Source: Protoeuglena noctilucae (taxonomy: Eukaryota). From it: a stretch of DNA of 64,000 bases. Below, piece by piece: positions 1-12,224 of the stretch. The first letter of the stretch is position 1. Every line of letters starts with the position of its first letter. The position numbers were made by a program, and so were the translations under genes. Under the pieces are notes generated by a model. It was not told where the DNA came from and did not search any database. It saw only the letters and a list, made by a program, of their open reading frames with translations. The stretch covers positions 186,001 to 250,000 of the forward strand of contig OY253680.1 of the NCBI GenBank assembly GCA_958009085.1. The letters run 5' to 3'.

Positions 1-453
1 CGCGCGCGCGGGCTCCGCGATGGTGGCGCTGGTGGCCAGGTCTTACTCAGTGCCTGTCATCGTCCTGGCCGAGACGAACAAGTTTCACGAGCGCGTGCAG
101 CTGGACGCCATCACGACCAACGAGCTCCTCGACCCGCGCGCGCTCATGCAGTTCTCCTTCGAAGGGCCCTCGGAGGCGGAGGTGAAGGGCGCAGCCAACA
201 TGGTGAGCAGCCGTGCGCGCAGCTGCAAATGCGCGGTGCGCCCGGGCGCCCACGGCCGCGGCCGCGCTCACGTGCATGGCATCGCGTCTTGTCGCAGAAG
301 AACCTGCAGCTGCTCAACCTCAACTTCGACGTCACGCCGGCCGACCTCGTCACGGTCGTGGCCACGGAGGCGGGCCTGGTGCCGCCCTCGGCCGTGCCCG
401 TCATCCTGCGCGAGTACCGCAAGGACCTCCACGCCAACCTGGGCAATGCCTGA
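1..453 (+). CDS. EIF2B4: Translation initiation factor eIF-2B subunit delta, 3' end (5' part outside window)
   Basis: [26 protein letters not shown] joined across a GT-AG intron (about 202-297) to [40 protein letters not shown], the eIF2B-delta C-terminal signature. Confidence 0.9.
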   Translation, partial: RARGLRDGGAGGQVLLSACHRPGRDEQVSRARAAGRHHDQRAPRPARAHAVLLRRALGGGGEGRSQHGEQPCAQLQMRGAPGRPRPRPRSRAWHRVLSQKNLQLLNLNFDVTPADLVTVVATEAGLVPPSAVPVILREYRKDLHANLGNA

Positions 454-1120
454 AGGAAACAGCCGGCCCTTGCGGCGCTGGCGTTCTCTGGCGTGCCTTT
501 TCCGACTGTTGCTCTTCCTCGGCGAGGTCTTTGCGCGCCCAGTCCGCTGCGTTGAAGTTTCCTGAAGTCGCCCGTGTCCTCCTTCGCCTGCCGTACCGCG
601 CCCAGTCCGTGTTGGTCAACTAGCTGGGCACCCGGGGCCCCGGCAACGCCTGTCCCGACAAACCGAGACGTGCAGGTGAAGGAAGCGCTGTCTTTGCACC
701 GCGGGCGACCCCGCGAGCTGTGGCGGGGTCCCGGGGGTCCTGTGCAGGGTTGGGAATCCCGCGTGGCCCCCTCCGCGACGGGCCCCGACGACGGACCGCA
801 CGCCGACGCCACGAGCGAGGCCACGGATCAAACAAATGCCCCACGGGGCCTGGGATTGTTGACCGCATGCAGCGAGCTTTGCCGCTCGGCGAGCGCGCGT
901 GGGGCCGAAAGCCCATGTCCGGCGCGTCGCTTTTCTCCCAGCGCGGTTGTTCCGGCATCTTGTGGGCGTCTGGCCCTCGCCCGGGCGCTGCCCGACCCGA
1001 GTCGGTCGGGCCGGGAGTCCGCGGCCGCGATGTCCGAATTCCCCGCTTAATCTCCATTCCGTGCAGGTACCGAAGCGTGTCGGGAGGTCCCGCTGCCCGC
1101 ATACTGGAGCCGCGGGCCAC
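401..1120 (-). CDS. Possible hypothetical protein overlapping the eIF2B-delta 3' end
   Basis: Minus-strand stretches read as protein-like ([16 protein letters not shown]...[50 protein letters not shown]). No recognised domain and splice sites unresolved. Confidence 0.25.
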
Positions 1121-2242
1121 CTGGGTGTCTTGCCAGCCGGGCCCCCGCGGCCGGCGCGTTGCATCGGGATCAAAGGTGCGGCGAATGCATCCTTATCGCC
1201 GATCTCTTCTGCTCAAACCAGACCCTCCCCGCTCGCGTCAGGGCGACGGCAGCTCCGGCCAATCGTCGCAGGGAATCGGCTTGACCCTGATAAGGGGCAG
1301 GGGGACGGAGCGCGCACAAGATGGGAAACTCTTGCTCGGGTAAATCGACGGCCCAGGCCGACGCGCCAGCGCCCACGCAGACCAAGGCAGGGAACCCAGG
1401 GAACAAGGTGACTCGCTGCGCGTGACGGGGACGTCCAGCGGGTTTATTTCGCCCTATACGGACGACTTCAGCATTTTACGACTGTGACGGCGCTCGCTCG
1501 CGACTCCTGGGCTCGCCGGGGACGCTGTCCGGCCACCGAACCCTGGCCCAGTCTGGCGTCGCGCGGGGCTCCCCACTGCCCTCCCTAGGCCATCAACCGG
1601 TCTTTTCTTCTTGTATTTAGCCCCGGCAGCGTGCTCTCAACCCCAATGGAGCTTGGCCCGGGGTCCCTTTCAGAAACACCCCGGGTTTCCCATGCTCTTC
1701 ACGTTTCCGCGTGGTTCCTGCACCACATACGCGGCAGACGTTTCCTCCTGCGGTCCTCGGCCTGCTCGTCGTTCCCTGCCGCAGCATTTCGCGGGGCCAG
1801 TGCTGTGACCTCTCCGCTCTGGCCTCCGCACCCGGCCCCCGGTCCCCCGTCTCCGTCGCTTTTTTGACTGTGCCATGGGGGACACGTGGGTCGTCCGCTC
1901 TGCGGGGTGCCCGGAGTCGTCGTATGGCGCCCCTACCTTCCTCGCATGTTGCTTGCCGCGCCTTGGCCGCGCTCCGAGCGACGCGTATCGGTTTCCGACC
2001 CCCGCTACCCCGGCGCCCAATCCCTATTTCTGGCGGGAGCCCGAAACCGAGCCTTTGCTTTGCAAATCCCGAGCGCGGCCTCGCGGGCCTGAGCCGTGGG
2101 TACGCCCCGCCTCGCGCCCTTCCGCCGCGCCTCCCGGGCGCCCCGGCGCGCGTGCCGACGTCGACCGCGCCGCCCTACCCTCCGCCCGCAGCCGGGAGCG
2201 AAAGGGCCAGGTGCCAAGGACCTACCCCCGCCCCCGCCCGCC

Positions 2243-4765
2243 ATGGCGGCCGCTACTGCCCTCGACAAGGCGACCCTGCAGAAGCTCTTCAGCCCCGACT
2301 TCATCATGGGCCGCGTCACGCCGCACATCACGGAGCACTACGACATCAAGGAGACGCTCGGGGAGGGGCAGTTCGGCGTGGTGCGCAAGGCGGTGAACAA
2401 GGAGACAGGGGAGGTCTGCGCCTGCAAAACCGTCACCAAGGCGAGGCTTGGAGCGGGGGGCGAAGATGACGATGTTTGCTGGCTATGTGGGACTCTTCAG
2501 ATGCACCCGAGGGACCACCTGGGGGGACCACCCCGGGTAGGTGTGTTACCCTCACCCCCCGCCCCATAAACCTGCCCCCCCCTTCCCCCCGCAGCGCCAA
2601 GTGCGTTACTTGGAGGAGTTGGAGGACATCCGCCGCGAGGTGAACGTGATGAAGCACCTGGCCGACTGCCCGACCGCGGTTCGGTTCCGCGAGGTGTACG
2701 AGGACAAGCACGCCGTGCACATCGTGATGGAGTACTGCAGCGGGGGCGAGCTGTTTGACCGCATCGTCAAGAAACACAACTACTCGGAGCGCGCCGCGGC
2801 CGAGATCATGCGGCAGATGCTCGAGACGGTTGCCTACATGCACGAGCTGGGCGTGCTGCACCGTGACCTAAAGCCCGAGAACTTCCTGTTCGCGACCCCC
2901 GACGACGACAGCGCCATGAAGCTCACGGACTTCGGCCTGTCGCTGTTCTTCAAGCCTTCCGACGTCTTCCACGACACGCTGGGGTCGGAGCTGTATGCCG
3001 CACCCGAGGTCTGGCCCAAGGTCGTGCGGGGGGCCACGGGGGGGTGGCAGTACCAGAGGCCCAGCGTGAGTGCCGGAGGGAGCGTGCGGGGCTGGGCTGG
3101 GCTGGGTGGGTACTGTCACCCTCTCACCCCACGCGCGCCACGCACCACCCCGCCAACCCATACCGACCACCCCCCCCCCTCCCTGCAGTACACGGAGAAG
3201 GTGGACATGTGGTCGTGCGGCGTCATCCTGTACATCCTGCTCTGCGGCTCGCCCCCCTTCCAGCGCGCCGACGTGGACAAGAAGCTCAACCTGGCGGGCC
3301 CCATTTGGAACCACATCTCCAAGGACGCCAAGGACGTGGTCATGCGGCTGCTGGACCGGGACCCCAAGACGCGCCCGACGGCGCGCGAGGCGCTCAAGCA
3401 CCCGTGGCTGACGGCGGGCGAGCACGTGTCGGACGCCCCGCTCGACTCGGCCGTCGCCGTGCGCATCCAGAACTTCAGCAACATGAACAAGCTCAAGCAG
3501 AAGGCACTGCAGATCATCGCCACCACCATGGACGACTCGGGTGAGGGGGGATGGTTGGGGTGTGGGGGTTGTTGGGCTGCAGCTGCAGCTGGGTACTGTT
3601 GATTGCCCAAGTCGCTGCCTATCTCTCTCATCACTCTCGTCAGTCCTGCTTAAACACACATACCCTTCCCTCCCTCACCTCGCCCACCAACGCACGTACC
3701 ACCCCCCCACCACCCCTCCCACCCCCTTACAGAGATCGAGGGCCTGCGCAACATGTTCGAGGCGATCGACACGGACGGCAGCGGCACCATCACTTTGGAA
3801 GAACTGAAGAACGCGATGAAGCAGTTCAACATGACGATGCGGGACGTCGAGGAGCTGATGGCCGCGGCGGACGTGGACGGCAGCGGGCAGATCGAGTGGG
3901 GCGAGTTCCTGGCCGCCACCATCAACAAGAGCCAGCTGGAGAGGGAGGAGAACATCTACAGGGCATTCCGGTGAGATTGGATACAATGAAGGGATGGGGA
4001 GGGCACAGGGATGTGGTTTATGTTGCTGAGCCATGAGCGGTCATGGCAGTCACCCTTCCTCATGCACTCACTCCCCAACCCTCCCCGACTCCTCTACCCC
4101 AACCTCCAAAAAACCCTTAAAGCACCTCAATCCACTCCCCAACCACCCCCCTCACCCCTCCCTCACCCCCCACGCACCCCCCCCCCCCCGCCCCCAGTGC
4201 CATCGACAAGGACGGCAACGGCGTCCTCTCCCACCAGGAGATCACCGAGGCACTGTCGGACTTCGGCCTGTCGGATTCCGAGATCACGAGCGTGATCCAG
4301 GAGGTGGACGCGGACGGCAACGGGGAGATCGACTACGACGAGTTTTTGACGATGATGAGGTGAGATGTCAGTGACAGTATGGTGGATGGATGGCAGATGA
4401 GGATATGACTAAGTAGATGGCTGTGTGGGTGTATTGACTGTGACGAGTTCCTCGTTGGCGTCAGGCACGACAATGCGGATGGTTGCATAAGTGAATTAAT
4501 ACATCCGTGTCCGTAATTATCCCTCACCACTTCCCCTAAGCCTCCTCTCCCCCACCACCACCCTCCCAGGGGTGCCAACGTGGGCGCGGGCGCGCTGTCC
4601 CGCGCCGCCACGGGATCCTACGGCGAGCCCACCAAGCTGCAGATGCGGCGCAAGGGGGCCATCGGCGTCAACGACACGGGCGACAAGGGCAGCGGGGGCG
4701 GCAACGCGCACGCAAGGGCCGAGAGGGGGGCCGTGGCGAACGGGCACGCCGTGGCGGCCGCATGA
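2243..4765 (+). CDS. Calcium-dependent protein kinase (CDPK), 6 exons
   Basis: Exons 2243-2440, 2595-3065, 3189-3540, 3733-3970, 4198-4359, 4570-4765. GEGQFG, HRDLKPEN, DFG and APE motifs, junction domain (FSNMNKLKQKAL) and four EF hands (DTDGSG, DVDGSG, DKDGNG, DADGNG). Confidence 0.95.
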
Positions 4766-5737
4766 GTGCGCGCCATGGGCTGCAGAGTCGGGTCCATGGG
4801 TCGGGTGCATAAGTTGCACCGTGCACCCTGCTTGCGCCACTGCACCCACCCCGCTTCCGCCACCAGTGCAGGGTTGCATGTCTTGCAACCCACTCAGCCC
4901 CGGCCCTCGCCACTGCGACCCCGGCCCTCGTTTCCTTAGAAACCCCCGGGCTGTCAGGCTGCGTATCCGCCGACCACGCAGCCCAACCACGCAGCCCATT
5001 GCCCACCACGACTGCCCTGCTTAGCCCAGCCACCTGCCCCACACCTCGTCAGCCTGTCAGCTCGAGCGCACTCATGCTTTGCGACCCTAACGCGCCCTTT
5101 CCGCGTCTCATATTTAGAAATCGAGACCTCAAACACAAGACCTCAAACACCACCTGTTAGCTCCAAACTTGATGGCTGGTTGGCAGGTTGGTTGGTTTCT
5201 GGGCCTTTCATGCCCATCACGCCTGCGCCTACGAGCTTTGGCAATGGCGATCACGGCGTGCGATCACGACCGGCCACGCTGATCCTGCTCCGTTCCGCGG
5301 CGTTTGAAAAGGCAACGGCAGCATCATGGCAAGGCCACCGCAAGGCCGGCAAGCGCAGCCAGAGGAGAGCGCTAGCTGGTACGAGGGCGCTGCAAGGGCG
5401 CAGCTGCAGCGCAAGAGCGGTGGTATTGACAGGGCCCGCTGCACCAAGGGCGGTCCAGTACAAACGCGCTGCTATTCAATGTTGCTGACACAAACCGTCT
5501 CTCGCCCTTTGATAGCGAGAGTGTCCCAGCTGCAGTGTGGTGTCCGCATGCTTGGTGTGCGGCCTCTGGCAACTGCTACAGTTACCCTGGGACGTTGACA
5601 GAAGCAAATTAGGGTGCAGAATGCGAAATGTGGCGCAGACTGGGGTCCGTCCATCAATTCTTTGTGAAGCACATTAATGCGTCTCCACCTCAACCTTACC
5701 CCACCACCCCGGCCATCACCGTCCACCCATCCTTTTA

Positions 5738-8440
5738 TCAATCCCCCGTGAACCGCATGTGTGTCTGGACCCCACCGCCACCCCCATCCGCATCGAAGCA
5801 GAATCTCAGGAAGGTCCCCGCCGTCGTAGCCACGTGCAATGCGGGTGCGTCGTCGTCACGCAACGACCCATCGAAGCAAACCTCAGAAGGACCCTCATCC
5901 GGGACCTGTGGAGAATTGGGGTGTGGGTGTGGGTGTGGGGTGATATGATATGACTTGCGAACAAAACCTGCAGCAAGTGATGTTAAGACTGTTTAGAGCC
6001 AAGCACACTGCATCAATCGTCACCTTGAAGTTGATGGACGACCATTGGCTCCGGAAGTAGTCCGGCAGCATGGGCCTGAGCAGCCCCACCACCGCGCTGC
6101 CCTGGCCAAACAGACGATTCGCCAGGCCGGACAGCGGCGTGCCGCCACCGCTGCTCTTGAAGCGAGGGTCGCCTGGGGGGAAGGAGGGGAAGGGGAGTGG
6201 TGAGTGACAGCGGAGGGGAGAGGTGGGAAAAGTGGTGGTTGAGAGTTGGAGTGAGTGGTGGACTTACCCACCCACTCCCCCCACACAGTCACCGTCACCC
6301 TCACCCGCTCCCGCACCCCTCCCTCACCCATCACCACTGACACCCGCTAGCTTACCCGCAAAGGCCGCCCCCGACGTCCCCGCCTCGCTCGCATGGCCGC
6401 TCTCCCGCAGCCCTGGGCCCTCCTGCCCGGAATTTGAAACATCCCCAGACCCCGCAGTGCGCCCCGCCGTGCTTGCTGCACCCGTTGCTTGCCCCGATTG
6501 CTTGCAGTGCGCCCTACTAAGCCCGCCACTTGCCCTGATGTGCCCGTGGCTGCATCCGCGTGTTGCAAGTTGAACACGTGCACTGTCTGTGTGCTCGAGG
6601 ACGCGGCCAGCCACCGGTTCTGCGGATGAGAGCGAGAGTTGAATCATGCACTGGTAACACTGGTAGCCACCCCCTCCACTTGTCCTCAGCTGTGTTGATC
6701 TGTCAAGTTACATTAGGACACCCGACCCCACCATCACCTGCACCACCACCACCACCTCTCACTCCCCTCACCTGTGGCGATATGGCAAGCGAATAAATGG
6801 AAGCTTGCTCCGCCCCCCGCCTCAGCTCATGGAGGCACTCCCCCGTGGCAGTGCGGAAGACCCGAATCAGCGTGCCCTTGACCGATGAGGTGGCGAGGAG
6901 GGAGCCGTCGAGGGACAGCTCGAGGGACCTGGGGGGGTGAGAGTGAGAGCCGTATGATTGGTGAGTGATAATGAGTGAGTGAGTAGTGATGAGTGTGCCT
7001 TTGACGGATGAGGTGGCGAGGAGGGAGCCGTCCAGGGAGAGCTCGAGGGACCTCAAGGGGTGACCGTTTAAGTGGTGAGTAATGAGTTGGGGGTGGGGAG
7101 TGGTAAGTGGTGGTGAGAGGTGAGTGGGGAGTGATGAGTGGGGAGCGGTGAGTGCAATGTCATGTTGTAGCTGTGCCCCCAGATGCAACTCGCCTGATGT
7201 CTGACTGGTGGGCCATCACGACAGCGCCTTTGCGATCACCACTCACCTGATGTCCGACTGGTGGGCGTCGATGAAGCGGGTGCGGCCCTGGGGGGCATAC
7301 CCCGCCTGACCGGGCGCAAGGTCCAAGGGAACGTGCTCCACCCTGACTTGCCCCCTCCGCAGCCCCAGGCACGCCAGGACGCACGCGTCGCGCAGCGAGC
7401 TCTGCGTGCAAGAGGGAGTTGGGAGAGCTGAACGGCGGGATCCAAATCGCACTGCATGGCTGGTTGTAAGCGAACGGGCAGTGAGACCCCCTCACCATGG
7501 CGACCAGTCCCATGGGGTTGTCGAGGGTCTCACTCTCCAACACCTGCGGGGAGTAATTGGTGATAACACAATCATGTCCTCGCGCACCCACACCAGTGTC
7601 CGCGGAAGCAGCGACTCTATCTGCGCTCCACTGCCACCGCAGCACCCGTAGCATTCGCAGCACGTCGACATACATCGCATCTTCCGACCTGCACAGCACG
7701 TTCAGGCGGCACTCACGAGGGACATGTCTTGCAGGCGATAGACGCACACGCGGTGCTGGCACGCAGCGGCCACGGCGTCGTTCCGCATGCGCACGGCCTT
7801 GACCGGAGCGCGCAAGGATACCTCGCAGGTCTGCAAGATAGCAGAAGGCGCGAATCGCCGCAAGTCGCCGCGGCGCGCGCTGCACAGGGTGCTGCCCCAT
7901 TCTGCGGAAAGCCACGCGCGTCAGCCGCGGCCTCGCGTCCCCGCATGCAGACTCCGAAATAGCAACTCACCTCCTGACGCCGCGCGTCGTCCCAAATCAC
8001 CACCTTGTTCGGTAGATAGCGCGGGGACGGGCCCCCGCCCAGGAGCGCCAAGAGCTGGCACTGGAAGAGCATTTCCGATTGCGCGAGCCCACCCCCGCAC
8101 TGCCGTCGGAACGCTTGCTGCATAAGAGAGGTGAATCGCAAGGCGTCACGGCGACATAGCCAGGGATGCCGCCGCGGCGGGGTGCATGGATGTCGGCGCC
8201 ACTGCGGAGCTCGCCTGGAAAGGAGCGCACTGAAACACCGCGAAACCATCCTCCGTCGCGACGCTCAGGAACGTCCCGTTCTGATTGAATCGCACCGACT
8301 GCGAATAGTGCGGGAGCTGAGCGGGCTCACGGGTGGCAGCAACACAGGTCGCCACCGATGAAGCAGGGGCTCATTCGAGATGCGAAGAACAACATCTCGT
8401 TGTTGAGTTCACTCACAAGCACGCGCGACGAGCGCGACAT
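5738..8440 (-). CDS. ATG18: PROPPIN autophagy protein, ATG18a/WIPI3-4-like, multi-exon
   Basis: [54 protein letters not shown] and [10 protein letters not shown] across GT/GC-AG introns. ATG at 8440, stop at 5738. Confidence 0.92.
6865..7053. repeat. 66-nt direct repeat (6865-6930 exonic, 6988-7053 intronic) in ATG18
   Basis: Hand alignment gives 59/66 identity; both copies encode [22 protein letters not shown]. Confidence 0.95.
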
Positions 8441-8816
8441 GTCGTCCGGCCTGGCACGCGATTTTCTGCGAGCTCTGGAGTTGGGCGCCCGACGCGCTCT
8501 CCTGATTAGCTGCCGTGGTGCATCCGACTCGAGGACTCGCCAACCGCTTGGTGGACACCCATCTCGCGCTTGCGACACCACGCGCTTGGCTCTTGCCTGA
8601 ACACAGGCCCTGCCGAAGCACGTAGGTCGCCACCCGTAAGAGTGAGTGTCAGCAACTCCTGTGACACGCAGCATCGCTCGAGACAGCCCGCGTGGGCAAG
8701 CCGGTGGGCTAAGCTTGCGCGCCGGTTGGCGGCCTGGCGGCGCGACAGGGCCCGCGCCTCTCACTGCTGCACAGCTCCCCGCCTCCTCGGTCGATATATA
8801 CGCATTCTCTCCCCGA

Positions 8817-10677
8817 TGGCGAACGAGTCGGAGTTATTCGATCTCATCGTCGCGGCAGACAGGATCGGCTCGCTCGTGGATGCGGCGCTCAACCTCGACT
8901 TTCCCCTGCCTAGGCACATGCACGCCCGCGCGGCCCAGGCTGGGGATCCGGGACCCCAACGGGACCCCAACTGTCTTATTTCGACGCTCATGACATCACG
9001 GCCAGCATCGCGTCCCTTATATACAGGCGCATTCGAGCCCTGAAGGACCTGGCGAAGGCCGTCGAAGGATCCGACGCGCTCTTCGACGAGGCGCAGGCGA
9101 CGACTGCGCTGCACCCTCCCGAGTGTGCTTTAATGCTACCTGTACCCATTCGGTATCGCGGACCTAATTGACATGTTTTCTCTCCTCAGAGGCAGCAGGT
9201 CGCGCGGCGCCTGGCGCGGTACGCCGAGCGCCCCGACCTGGACGATGCTTTGGCAAACGCCCTGAGCCATGCGGTCTCTGCATGCTCGGGAGCGCAAGCT
9301 CGCGGCCTGCAAGAAGAAGAATACGTCCTCCCGGGCGGACAATTGCGCATTCGGCTTCGGGAACAGAGCCTCGGAGACGGCCTGGGGATGCGCTTATGGG
9401 CGGGGGCCTTCACGCTTGTGCGGGAGTTAATCGAGTGCGTGAGCAGGCGAATGCTTCCGGCCCTCCGCTGTCCGCACGCGCTGGCTGACCTCGCAGCTTC
9501 TTCGCATGAGCCCGCAGGTTCCCCGAGATCGTGCGGGATCGCTTTGTTCTGGAGCTGGGCTCCGGCACGGGTTTCTGCGGCATCGTGGCGCGGCTCCTGG
9601 GTGCGGCGCACGTGACGTTGACGGACAACGAGCCGGCAGTGCTCGAGAATTTGCGAAAGTGCGTGGAGATGAACGCGGAGCCGATCAGCTCGTCTTCCAG
9701 CGATGCCGGTGTCGTCTCGCCGCTCGGTCAGAGGCCGTGGCGGATGGGAGGGATGGAGGTCCGGCGCCTGGAGTGGGCGGAGTGGGGGGGCGACGACGGT
9801 GCTGGCTACCAGGCGAGGCACTTTGCAAGCAGCGACACCTTTTGTGGTGTATAGCAGCCTCTCCATTACATGCCGACTGATATGCTGAATCAGATGGTGT
9901 GGCTGAGAAGTCGTCAGTAGTAATGGTGTATACATGTGAACACGTGTTTCTGTATCCGCAGTTGGGCCACGTGATGCCGACGCTTCCGTGTGAGGAGGGT
10001 CCTGGGCAAACAGCGCCAGCCATGCCTCCCGGGATCCGATTCGACACCATCATCGGTGAGACCGATGAGGTGTCATGTCGTGTCATGAATGACCTATGAA
10101 CTGCCCGGTTGCCCTGGGTACAGTCGACCTCAGCCCCAACCAAGCTCTTCCCCTGCACCCACTTGCAGCGACGGACGTGCTTTACGACGAAGCCGCCGCG
10201 ACGGTGTTCCCGCGCGCTGTGGCGGCGCGGCTGGCGCCCGGCGGCCGCTGCTTGGTGGGCGGGCCTGTGAGGGACACCAAAACCCACGACAAGTTCCTCA
10301 GGTGTTGTGACGATTTCAAATACCATGCATGGGTGCGGTTCTGTTTTGGAACTGCTCGTGCTGTCTGGAAACAGATGTGGTCTTTGAGATGTATTCTGAA
10401 ACCCTCCCCTGCTCATGATGTAGCCGTGACGATTCATACCGCCTGCACCTCGGGCTGCATACCGCTTGCACCAGCACTCTCGTCGCCTCACAGGTCCTGC
10501 GTCGAGTCGGAGCTGAGGTACGCGCAGCGGCAGGTGAGTGATGCGATGCCCGAGGTCTACGCCGGCGTGCTGATGCGCAAGAAGGAGTACGAGTGTTATG
10601 TGCTGGTGTACGTGGAGCGTCGCGACGCACCGGCGGCGCAGTGGTGGCGGGGCGACCTGCCGTGGGTCGATGGATAA
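8817..10677 (+). CDS. SAM-dependent protein-lysine methyltransferase-like (Methyltransf_16; METTL21/EEF2KMT-type)
   Basis: GLGMRLWAGA, VLELGSGTGFCG, VTLTD and FDTII/ATDVLY motifs in spliced exons. The 5' exons are less certain. Confidence 0.88.
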
Positions 10678-10850
10678 GTGGGCAGACGAGCGTTGACGAT
10701 GCGTGTATGTATGTGACGTGTGACCGTGTGAGTGAGGGCAGCCAGAGAAAAGGTTTCTTGACAGCTTTCTTGGGTAGCGTAGTGGCAGATCTTTCTTTCT
10801 TGAAGGACAGCCAAGGCAGTGAGACAAATGTCACAGACATCGTCACCCAG

Positions 10851-11917
10851 TCACACATCCTCATCGCCAGGATCACGGTACTGGCTCGGATCGACCCAGG
10901 CAGATATCGGGTACGCCATGTGCCCCACGACGAGCAGCACCACGTCTCTCGGCATGTCACTGAAGCTGCAATCATTCCTGGGCACCTCACCACCCTCTCC
11001 CTTCATGCACCCATCATTAAACCCCCCGTCCGCTGCCGCGCCGCCCGGGGCAGGCAACGACAACGCCGGTCCGTAAACGTCCCCGTCTCTGCTGTCAAGG
11101 CCCTCTTGCAACCCACAGCACGTCGTCGTCGTTGTCGTGGCGCACGTGGAGGCCATCAGCAAAAGCCGGGCTGCGTCTCGGAACTTTCTGGGAAAGCATT
11201 GGTGGAGGGCGGGGCTCCAGGGTGGTTGCTCGAGGGTTAGGCGAATGGTGTCGTTCTTAGCGAGGGCCGCGGGGGACTCGGAGCACGGCTGCAGGCGAGG
11301 CGGGGGCGTGATGGTCACAGGCAGGGTTGGCATACATGGGCCCTTGAGACGGCACAGGTAGGGCCTTGCGTGGCGATGGCTGCGGGAGGTGGTGACGTGA
11401 GACGAGCAAGTGTGGATAGCACAAGGCAGGGTCATGAGCGGGTGTCAGGGCCTGTCTCTCACCTCCGTGTGGTCAATCAACTCCCCGCACCGCACTCCTT
11501 GGACGAGGTGAAACCATCCCTTGCCGTGCGCTTGCGTGTCTGCCCCATGGTCACGCAGCAGCTCCACTGTCCTGCACAGACAACAGCGTTGGTGCACTCG
11601 GTGTGCTGCACTGCCCTCAGGCAGGTCCACCATCACTGCAGACGCTTGCCGCACCGGATGTGGCCCTTCTGACAGGCCCAGTGGAGGGCGGTGCGCCGCA
11701 TGCCACCGTAATCGATCGCCCGAACGTCCGCCCCGCGGCTTAAGAGCAGCTCGACGGCCGCCCAGTGCCCGCAACGCGATGCGATGTGCAGCAGCGTGGA
11801 CTGGAACACGGTGCGGGCGTCCACGGGCAGTCCGGCGTCCAGTGCAGCGCGCAGAGTCTCTACATCGCCCCTCTCCACTGCCTCTGCCACGTCGCTGGGC
11901 ACCAGCCGAGCAGCCAT
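10851..11917 (-). CDS. Ankyrin-repeat protein, 3 exons
   Basis: STLLHIASRCGHWAAVELLLSRGADV and TALHWACQKGH repeats. C-terminal PWSPALHQCFPRKFRDAARLLL...MPRDVVLLVV segment. Confidence 0.85.
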
Positions 11918-12224
11918 GACGGAGTCGCTACTGTCACCTGTCCCGCGTTGTTCAATAAGAGCTTTTTAGACGCAAGCGAGATCACCACGGGATGATACTT
12001 AGGTCGAAATTGAGACACCGCCGAATACTTTGGCAAAACCGCTTTGGTGTTGCAACAGCCGGGCGGTGCCAGTGAAAACCTGCTTGCCAGTCCTGTCGCA
12101 AGGCTCTGGATCAAACAGCGCCGTGCTCAACACAGCGATTCACGTGCAAGCAAGCAAGGGCGACTCTTAGGCCCGGCCGATAGCGCATGGCCAGCGCGTC
12201 TTCGCCACCAAGAGTTTTTCCCAG

